Assembly (NCBI GenBank): GCA_001724265.1
Contig: MEDY01000282.1
Span: forward strand, 1 to 43,630
Length of the DNA stretch: 43,630 bases
Reading direction: 5' to 3'
DNA from: Rhizaria sp. SCN 62-66
Lineage: Eukaryota
This document shows, one piece after another, positions 34,374-43,630 of the stretch. Numbering within the stretch: the stretch's first letter is position 1; the number at the start of each line of letters is the position of its first letter. Position numbers and translations under genes: made by a program. A model generated the notes under the pieces. It saw nothing but the letters and a program-made list of their open reading frames with translations, was not told the DNA's origin and ran no database searches.

Positions 34374-35194
34374 ATGAGAAAGGTTGATCGGTAAGTTACA
34401 CGCTAAGAGATTTCATCAAATGTGGCTGTACGGTAGAGCTGAATATATAGCTTATGCACTCTATTATCTCCATCCCGTATTTTCTTCTTCAGAGATGAGG
34501 TTCTTCTGGAACAGCTCAGCTTCTACGGCGCCTACCACAGCAAGAAGTGGAACCAAAGTACGTCATCTTATCATTGAAAATCTAACATTCCTTTGATGAA
34601 CATGATCTCGACGCCCACTTTGTCTTACTCTACTTGCCCTTGCTTTCTTTCCACCTCATAGTCATCCACATCGTGTTCGTCCCACTGATTCTGTGGGCGT
34701 CCTTCATTTGGGTTGGCGCGAGTGGCCCGCTCTTCACGATGCCCAAGCTTTCCTTCCTGCCTGCAATCATTGCCGACAACCTCGTCCCCAACGTAGGCTT
34801 CTTTGTCATGCTCTATTACGTGGCGTACTACCTCTACCTGGGCGACTACCCTGTCGCAGTGCCCTACAGCTGCGTCATCATCGCGCTCTTCCTCGACGCC
34901 AATGCACACCTGCGCGACTACGGCGCCACGGCCCACTGGCACGCGCTCATCGCGCAGGCCGTCGGGTGGTACGTCCAGGTTGCCGTGGGCCACAACATGA
35001 TTGAGAAGCGGAAGCCGGCGCTGCTGGACTCGCTGTTCGACGCGATCGTGATGGCGCCGCTCTTCACCTTCTACGAGATCCTCTTCATGTGCGGCTTCCG
35101 CAAGGACTTCAAGAAGAAGCTCGACACTCGCGTCGGCAACAAGATTGTCGCCATGAACCGCGCGCAGCGCGAGAAGGCCGCTGGCGCAGCTTAA
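34374..35194 (+). CDS. MPO1: Mpo1-like (DUF962/YGL010W) ER membrane 2-hydroxy fatty acid dioxygenase, 204 aa. Exons 34374..34390, 34493..34557, 34662..35194
   Basis: The spliced product MRKVDRDEVLLEQLSFYGAYHSKKWNQIIHIVFVPLILW...GWYVQVAVGHNMIEKRKPALLDSLFDAIVMAPLFTFYEILF carries the family motifs FYxxYH..N..IH, QxxGH..E.RKPALLD and APxF. Stop is TAA. Confidence 0.92.
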
Positions 35195-35501
35195 GCGAAC
35201 ACAAAATAAATTCGAGAGAGTCGTATAATGATTTGTGCTCTCTGACTAGTTGTGTTATGCAGCTCTAATATTGACTCAAAATACTTAATAAACTCGTTTA
35301 TATTTCCCTTTTTCAATTCTTGTACTTTGTTGTTTTGTATTGAATAGTCGATCATAATCTCTTATCGTCTTCGTTTTATCTTGAATCGTCTGATCTCACT
35401 TGCTGTTGTTTTTGAATATCGTTTTCAAATTAGCTTCTCAATCTATCACCACTGCATACACTATTGCTTGTTTGTTCTTATTTATACTTGCACTGCGGGT
35501 T

Positions 35502-38500
35502 TCAGAGCGGCCCCATGTACGCGTCCTCGCTGACCTGCGCGACGGCGGAACGCATGACCCGCGCGTCCTGCTCCGACAGCGAGCGGAACGGCAGCAGCGT
35601 GATGCCGAGCGTCTTGAGCCACGGCGCGTAAAGCCGCTTGCGCGTGTTGCTAAACCAGTTGTGAACCTGGCGGAAGGAGAGGTCGAGCTTCTGCGCCATC
35701 TCCTGCTTCTGCCGCGCGTTCGGGTACGGCATCGCCAGCGAGGCCTTGAACCACCGCCGCAGCCCCAGCACGGCCTGCAGCGGCAGCTTGGACCGCCGGC
35801 GCACGCCGTCGCCGCCCGCGCCGAGCCCCAGGCCTAAGGCGTACTGGCCGCCGTCGTCATCGTCGCCCTCACCGTCGCCGGCGTCCATGCCGTAGCCGTA
35901 GCCGTCGCCGTCACCGTCGCCATCCCCGTCGCCGTCTATGTCGCCACTGTGGCCACCGTGCCCGTGCCCATGGTGGCCGTGGCCGTGGCCGTGGCTGTGG
36001 CCGTGTGCGGGGTGTGCGTGGGACGAGTGGCCGTAGCCGCCTGGCACTGCGTAGCCCGCGCCGTACGCAACCTCATTGCTGCCGTCGTCGTCCTCTTCGT
36101 CACCGTGGGGCTCGCCACCGTGGCCGCCTTCGCCGCCGTAGTAGTAGCCACCGCCCGCGCTGTGGCCGCCGTAGCCGCTGTGACGCGCGCCAGCGCCGTA
36201 GCCACCGCCGTTGCGGCCGTATTGACCGTGACCGTGGCCGTGACCGGGACCGTGACCGGGGCCGTGGCTGTGGGCGCCGTACGCGTAAGGGTGACCGTGG
36301 GCAGGAGGGCCATGGTTGTGGCCGTGGCTATACGCAGCAGGTCCGCTTGCGTACCCATGAGCGTAGCCCTGGCCCTGCGCGTGCGCGAGCGCCTGCTCTT
36401 GTTCCATGCCGGAGTAGTGGCCGGGGGCGCCGTACAGCGCGCCTTCGTAGCCCCCGGCGCCGGTGCTGTTGTTGTTACTGTTGGCAAACACGGCCGCTTC
36501 TTGCTGCAGCTGCTGCTGTTGTTGCGCCATGCGTTGCACCGGGCTGTAGCCGTCGTAGTAGCCGCCGCTATTGGCACGGCTGTCTTCGTCGCCGTTGCTG
36601 TTGTCGTAGCGGCCGGCGCCGCTCTCGCGGCCGCTTGCGCTGCTGGCCGCGTCGCCGTCATTGTCGCTCTCGTCGCCGTTGCCGCCGCGCCGACGCACCT
36701 TGTTGCTCCGCAGCCGCTGTGGTGACGCCGCGTATTCGTTGTGCCGCTGTTGCTGATGTTGCTGCTGCTGTTGCTGCTGCTGAGCGCTGAGGGACAGCTG
36801 CAGCTGCTGCGCCTGTACGCCGCTTGTGCCGCTTGTAGATGCGGCGCCGGCAGCCGCAGCAGCGGCATTTGCGGCGGCCGTGGCAACGGCCGCAAGCTCG
36901 CCCGAGGGCCCGCCGCCGAATATCATGCGCTGCACAGTGGTAGTGCCGTTGTGGGTCACGCCTGCGCCGGGTGTCGCGACTGAGGCGGGCGCACCGCTGC
37001 GGCGCGCAGAACCGGGCTGAAACCCAGCTCCTGTGGTGGCACCAGCGTTGCCGGCACTGCTGCCAGGACCGCCCCAAGGTCCCGGCGCGTGGTGACCCGC
37101 GTTGAAGCTGTAGCCGCTGTGGTTTGGACCGTGACTGTAGCCATGGCTGTGGGTGTAGCCACCATGCTGGTGCTGGTGCTGCGGATGACGCGGAGCTGGG
37201 ACTCTCCGCGTGCCGGCCTGGCCGTGCTGCGTTTTGCCGCCGCCGTAGCGTGCGTCGTCGTCGACGCGCCCGTCGTCGTCGTCCTCGTCCCCGCCGTGGC
37301 TGCCGGAGTCGCCCGCGCCGCCGTCGCGCCGCGTCAGCGAAGCGTAGTCGCGCCGCGGCGCCGCGCCCACGCTGCTGCGCGTTACGCGCGCGCCCGGCGT
37401 CGACGTTGACGAAATGCCGGCAGCTGCGCCTGCAGCGGTTGCGTGCACGGAGCCAGTGCCCGCGGCGGGCGCCGTCTCCAGTGCGGGATTCTCAGTGAGG
37501 CCGGCGTTTGCGCTTACAGCGCGCGCGGCAGCCACCGCGGCCGCTGCAGCTGCGGCCGCAGGAGAGCGGTTGGCGCGCGTGTTTAGCCCCAACGCGTCCG
37601 CCGCCGCGTGACCGTGGCCGTGACCGTGGTTATGAGCAAAGCTTGCGGTGACACTAAGCCCGGCGGCAGTTGCCATTGCGGCTGACGCAGCGGCGGCTGC
37701 AGCGGCAGAATAGCTGTTGTTGCCCGCAAAGCCGACTGCAGCAGCGGTGGCAAAGCTGGCACGTCCGCCTGCGTTGGAGTCAGTGTTCATATTCCCAGTA
37801 TGACAAAGCACGCCGCTGCTCCCTCCGAAGCCGCCACTGCTCGCTGTAAAGCCGTTGCCGCCGTAGCTACCGCTGTGGCCGCCTGCGGAGACACCGCTGC
37901 TACTGTGGGCGTAGAACGAGAAGCTGTCACCACGCGTGCCGCCACGGCTGCCGCCAAAGCTGCTTGCGCTAAAGCCGAAGCCGTAGCCGTAAGCGTGACC
38001 GTGGCCGTGCGCGGGGGGCGCTGCGCCGAAACTGTGGCTGTTGCTGTTGCTGTTGGCCAGCGCGCTGGGGATTGCGCCGAGTGCCGCGAAGCCGGCGCCG
38101 CTGTGCTGCAGTGGGAAGCTCCAGGGCGCGCCGCCAGGGCCCGGGAACAGGCCCGCTGCTGAGAGTCCGGTTGACTGCGCGTGCGCGCCGCCGCCGTGGC
38201 CTGCAGGCGCCGGGCCGCCCAGGGAGAAGCTTGCCGCGGCCGAGGCTACGCCGGAGCCGTGCTGACTCTGACCCTGGCCTTGCTGCTGCTGGTGCTGATG
38301 CTGATGCTGATGTTGATCTTGTGCTGCAGAACCACCGCCCGCGGCAGCAGACCTTGAGCTGCTGTTAGGCAGCGTGCCAGTGTGTGTTACAACGCCTGCG
38401 TTCGCAGACGCAGTTATCGCAACAGCATTGATGCTCGCTCTTGCTTCGGCTGCCGGCGGCAACGCTGCGGACGGCTCAGCGCCCGCGCGTCTTGCCGCGC

Positions 38501-40777
38501 CAGCGCTGCCGCTACTGCTGACGCTGCTATCGTTGCCGCCGGGGCCGTTGCTCCCATCGCGCACAGTGCTGCGGAACGATGTAACCGCGAATCCCACGAT
38601 GGGCAACCCCGCGCCTGCGTTGAACGAGCCCATCCCAAGCCCCTGTGCAAGCCCTGAGGCCGGCGCGACCAGCCCCAGAGGCAGCGGCAGCCCGAAGGAG
38701 TCGCCTGCGCCTCCACTGACACCGCTGTTCAGCGCAGCGCCGCCCACGGGCGCGCGCAACAGGTCCATCGCCGCCGCGCTCGCGCTGCCGCCACGGCCCG
38801 GCGCCGCCGCCGCCACGGCCTGCGGGCCCGCGGCGGCAACGGCGGCAACAGCGCTCAGCGCGGCGCTGTTGAGGCGCGCAGACATAGAACCCGCGGCAGG
38901 GAGCGCGAAGGACGCCGCCGCGGAGCCGCCGGCCGAAAGCGGCGCAGGCAGCATGCCGGCCCCGCGTGCGCCGCCGCGCTGCCCCACGCCAGCCCCCTCG
39001 CCGGCGCCGGCAACGTTGGCGCGGTGTGCGCCCTGTGTGGCGGAGTTGGGCGGCGCGGGCAGCGCAAAAGCGCCCGAAAGCGCACCGCTGAGCCCACCGC
39101 TGGGCGCGCCGGAGGGCACACGCTTCGGTGGCGGCGCCTCGATGCTTGTGCCCGCGGCGCTGCCGGCCCCAGCGCCCGCGCTACTGGCAGTGCTCGGGAG
39201 TGCGCCTGCGTACTGCGCCTGCTGCTGGTGATACTGCTGCTGCTGGTGCTGGTGGGTGTATGCGCCGTGGCCGGGTGCGTACCGCAGCCCAGGGCCTTGC
39301 GCTGCGGAGTGCACACCGGGTCGCTGTCCCGAGGACGGCGGCGCGCTAAAGCCCGAGGGAGGCGCCAGCGGCGGCGCGCCGTGGCCGTGGCCGTGGCCGT
39401 TGTTGCTGCCGGGGCCGCCAGCGTGCGCGCCGGCAGTGTGTGCGCCGCCAGCAAGAGCGCCAGCGCCGGAGCGGCGCGCGCGCGGGAAGGGGCAGGGCTG
39501 CAGCAGCGCAGCGGCCGCAAGCGCTGTGGCGGCAACGTCACGCTCGTGCACTGCCTTGCTCTCAGCCGTTGCTGCCGCCGCTGCCGCGTTCGCAGCCGCG
39601 TCAGCAGCCGCGTCGCAGTCGCCGTTGCTGTCCTCGCTTGCGCGACCCCGCAGAGAGACGCTGCCGGAGCCGCGGTCGCAGTCGCTACCGCTGTCGCTGC
39701 CTCGGCTGCGGTCGCGGTCCCGGTCACTCAAGGCGCCCGCGACAGACTCGTCGTTGGCCCCCGAGGCCGCGTCGCTGTCGTCTAGCACGGTCACGACGCC
39801 CGCGCCCACGGCCGACACGGCGGCGGCGCCAGCGGCGGCGGCATGCGCGGCCTTGCTGCCGGCAGCGACGGGCGCGACGGAGGCAGCGCGCGCGGCGGAG
39901 GAGCGGCGCCGTGCGGCCAGGCCCGGACTGCCAGCGGCGGAGTGAGCAGCCACAGCACTGCCCGTGTCGCCCGTGATGCTGCTCGCAGCGGCGGTGTACA
40001 TGCCATGCGAGCGCGTGTACACGTCGAACGGCGCGATCTGCGGCGCTGAGACATCGGCGCCAGGGCCCGCGGGCAATGTGCGGGTAGATTCGGAGGCGGG
40101 CGGCGTGGTGGAGGGCGGGGCCGAGCCGCCTGTGCCGCTGTTGGTGACCGTGAGCGGTGATGGCACCACGGCATATGACCGGGCGGCGCGCGGAGACGCT
40201 GCCGAGGCGGCGGCGGCCACAGCGGCTGCCATAGCGCGCGCAGCCGAGGGCGAGCGCGCAATGCTTGGGGGCGCGGCCAGACCCAATCCCAGCCCAGATG
40301 AGAGCGTGAGCGGGAACCCGGCGGCCACGGGCGGCGCGGGGGCTGCGGTGTGAGAGGAGGGGGGCGAGTCGTCGCCAGCAAAGCCGGCGCTGGGGCCTGT
40401 TTCGAGGGCGAAAACGCGCGTGTTTTGCCGTCGCTGCGCGCTAAATGAACTATTTGCGCCGGGGGTTGCAGCTGCGGTTGAAGCGACTCCGTTTGAAAGC
40501 GCAGCGACGGAGGCGCGAGCTGATGTGAGGAGCTCGTGCCGAGCGAGACCCGCGTCTCGCTCAAGGCCTGTCATCTGAGAAATCAAAGGGATTTCACAAT
40601 TATAATAAGGATGGTAAATTAGTTTTGTTTTGAATCTTACAACCGTTAAGTTTTCCAACTTAAAGACGGATAAACATTGCAGGAATTCCATTGATAGAAA
40701 GGAGGAAAGTGATGTGATGCGAGGTCGGGCGAGCCAGGAATACGAACCTTTTCAGACAGAAGCGTGGTTGTGTCCAT
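35502..40777 (-). CDS. About 1700-aa TALE-superclass homeobox protein with a C-terminal homeodomain. Probable exons 40777..40748 and 40574..35502
   Basis: Homeodomain at about 35801..35613: RRRSKLPLQAVLGLRRWFKASLAMPYPNARQKQEMAQKLDLSFRQVHNWFSNTRKRLY, with the PYP loop and WFxNxRxR. The AT-rich 5' part of the listed ORF (40691..40575) looks intronic and ends in TTTCTCAG. A GTTCGT donor at 40747 follows the mini-exon MDTTTLLSEK. Stop is TGA. Confidence 0.88.
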
Positions 40778-41160
40778 ATGAATAAATAATTAGATACTCT
40801 GTTTTTTCCTGCTCTAAGTTAATCACTTTAAGAGATCACACTCACTTAGACTTTCTCAGTACTCCAGGCAGAGAGCGCAAAGAGGCCGCCCCACTGCTCA
40901 CCACATCTTCCCGTCCGCGAATGCCACATCAACAAACTCGAGCTCACAGTCATCAACTAGAGAACAAAAACGAGCATCCTGTGAGGAAATAATCTAGTGT
41001 ATAGCGATTTAGAAGCGGGTAACCGCATAGTTTACGTGTAAAAACAAAACAATTAAAATCCAAAGCTATGTGCAAATAAAATCAAATAATCAACTTGTTT
41101 AACGGTTGTAAGTCTTGGCAAGCCACGAATGCGGCTTAACTTCGTTCCAGTCTCACGCGC

Positions 41161-42713
41161 TCACTCCTTAAAGCTCAGACTGGGCATCGCAATGGCGCTC
41201 ACGCGGCGCTTCACGCCGCCAAGGCCCGCGCCCGCGTTGCCGCCCTTGCGGAGGCCCTCCGACTCGGCCTCAGCGGCCGCCACGGCCGCGGCGGCTGCGA
41301 TGGAGTCCGCGGCGGCGGGCGACGGCACTTGCTGCAGCGTCGCGGGTGACGGCACCGACGGAGGCATCGAAGCAGCAGCAGCAGCAGCAGCAGCGGCGGC
41401 AGCACTGGAGCTGGCACCGGCAGGGGCGGCGGGCGACTTGAAGTGCGCGCGCGACGAGAGCGATTGAGACTGTGATATCGCATGTCCCTGTGCCAGCGCC
41501 AGCGCAGGCGTCTGTGCGTGCGCGTGGAGGCGCACGGCCTTGCTGCCCGGCAGCGGCCCGTGCTGCGGCGTCTCGAACCGCGCCAGAGCCGCAGTCGCAC
41601 TCGTGGCAGTCGAGGGGTTGAGGCCGGTCAGCGACTGCGTCGTCATTGACGGCAACGCAGAGAGCGAGAGCGACGACGACAGCGAGGGCACCTGCAGTGA
41701 CGATGGTGTCGACGCCGACACGGACTCGCTCTCGGGGCACGCGGCGGCCTCGGCGGCGGCCGCGGCCGCGGCCGCGGCGGCGAAGTGCGTGCCCAGAACC
41801 GCGCCCGCGGCGGGCGCTGGCAGCGGCAGCGACATCGGCGCCGCGGAAGCGCTGCCACTCGCGCTCACACTGCGGCCCAGCGCCTCGGCCTCGGCCTCGG
41901 CGGCAGCGGTGGCCATGGCGGCCGCGGCCGCGGCGGCAGCAGTCTCCGCGGCCGCGGCCGCCGCTGCGGCGATCGCGGCCGTCTCGCGCACCCGGGTCGC
42001 GGCGGCTTCGGTGCGCGCGGCGGCGGCGGCCGCAGCCGCGGCGAGCTCGGCCTCGATCTTGTCGGCCTTGGCCCTGCGCCGCGCGGCGCTGTCTGCCGCC
42101 GTGGCGGGGTCCGCGTACGAGCGCTTCGTGGTGTAGATCGACGGGAACTCGGTCAGGTCCTCGCTCGCGCTGCGGTACTTGCGCCGCGGCAGCGCGGCCG
42201 CCACAGGCGCCGGCGGCGCGGCCGCGGCCGGGGTCGGGGCGGCGCGGGCAGCCCCAGTCGCAGTCGCGGGGGTAGGCGCGGGGGCGGCCACTGGGGTGCC
42301 GGGGACGGGCAGCGTATGGCCCGCGAGGAGGATAGAACGGAAGTCCGCGAACGTGGGCTCGGCGCCCGCCTCTAGGGCCTGCTGCTGCTGCTGGAGCTGC
42401 TGCTGCTGCTGGAGCTGCTGCTGCTGCTCGAGCTGCTGCTGCTGCTTCAGCTGCTGCGAGCGCGCGGCGGCGCCCTGGGCCTCCTTGACGGCGCGCGAGC
42501 CGCGCCCGCTCTTGGAGCTGAGTGCCGGCACGGCGAACGCGGCGGGGAAGGGGGCGGGGGCGGGCGCTGCAGACGCGGGCGCCTGCGCATATGCGTGCGC
42601 GTGCATGTGAGTGTGCATGTGGGCGTGCGCGGGAACGCCGACAGGCGGCGGGAGCGACAGCTGCTGCATCGGCATTGGCGGGGTAGAGGGTGGCATCATC
42701 TGCTGCTGTGGCG

Positions 42714-42748
<35 letters not shown>

Positions 42749-43630
42749 ATCTGGGGATACTGACCGTAGGACGCGTACTGAGTGTTGGCGTAGCCATAGC
42801 TCGCTGTCGCTGCCGCAGCTGCCGCAGCATCAGCAGAGTGTCCCTGAGCAGGGGCGTAATCGTGACTGTAGCTTTGACTGTGGCCGTAACCACCCTGCGA
42901 CTGAGAGTGCACCGCCGGAGCATTTGCAATCGCCATCCCATAAGCAGCAGCGGCAGCAGCAGCAGCGGCAGCAGCAGCAGCGGCAGCGGCAGTGGCAGCG
43001 GTGCGAGGACGGCGCGCCGCCTGAGGCTTGCGCGCGCGCTTGACCACAAACTGCACATCATCACCGTCGCCGTCGCCGTCGCCGTCGCCGAAGTCATCGT
43101 AGTCGCCCTCGCCATCGGTCTCAGTCGCAGTCGCAACGTCCGCGCGCGCTTGCTGCGGGTGCAAGAACTCCTGCGCCTGCGCCTGTGTCTGCGCCTGCTC
43201 TGCCGCGCGCGCGGCGGCCGCGGTGGCGTTGGCGGCGGCGAAGAAGGCAGCCAGGTCCGCCGGCGGCGCCACGGACGCCGCGGCGCGCGCCTTCTGCAGC
43301 ACGATGCAAGCCCAGTCCTCGAGCCGCGCGGCGACCGCCGCCGACTGCGCGCGCGCGGGCGCCGACACGAGCGCCGCCGTCGCGCGCCGCGCCGCGTCCA
43401 GTGTGGCGGCCACGGCGGCCACGCGCTCGGGCGCGGGCGCGGGCGCGGGCGCCGCCGTAGCCGTGCGGTCGGCCGCAGCGGCGACGAGCGCGAGCGCCGT
43501 GGCCGTGGCGGCGGCCTCGGAGCCGGGGACGGCGACGCCCGCGGCGACGGCGGCCAGCGCGTCCTCGGCGGGCGCGGGCGGCACGGCCGCGAACAGCGGC
43601 GGCGCCGCGCGCATCAGCCGCAGCTGCTGC
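41161..43630 (-). CDS. 5'-partial Ala/Gln/Pro-rich protein of unknown function (>820 aa)
   Basis: The frame is open to the right edge (QQLRLMRAAPP...) with the same composition as the other genes. It ends at TGA 41161 near the start of AT-rich spacer. Non-repetitive island RRKYRSASEDLTEFPSIYTTKRSYADP; no domain recognised. Confidence 0.7.

Noticed and set aside
40799-40929. 27-aa upstream ORF and 47-bp 5'UTR intron ahead of the homeobox gene (minus strand)
   Set aside because: The candidate intron lacks a polypyrimidine tract and is much shorter than the others, and the transcription start is unknown.
1-43630. CRISPR arrays, transposases, rRNA, viral or prokaryotic genes
   Set aside because: None seen. 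The repeats are coding micro/minisatellites and the genes have spliceosomal introns.

Overview
Gene-dense nuclear DNA of a probably unicellular eukaryote: very GC-rich exons full of Ala/Gly/Ser/Gln/His low-complexity tracts, and AT-rich GT-AG introns (about 100-290 bp) and spacers. Nine genes can be built by hand: (1) a 3'-partial minus-strand gene with a plant-type CCR4a/b N-terminal module; (2) an orphan multi-pass membrane protein; (3) and (6) two large low-complexity proteins sharing an N-terminal Ski/Sno/Dachshund-like winged-helix domain; (4) a neurochondrin-like protein; (5) a hydroxylysine kinase/APH-family kinase; (7) an Mpo1/DUF962 protein; (8) a TALE homeobox protein; (9) a 5'-partial unknown gene. 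The main signal is in gene 2 (5191..9447): one reading frame of 1418 codons broken only by six in-frame TAGs, with no TAA, TGA or frameshift, while all eight visible gene ends use TAA or TGA. This points to a variant nuclear code with UAG alone read as sense (most likely Gln). A caveat is that no other gene in the window uses an internal TAG. The second signal is the pair of Ski/Dach-like domains, a family usually seen as animal-restricted, in a genome that does not look animal. All family assignments come from motif recognition by eye, not from database searches.
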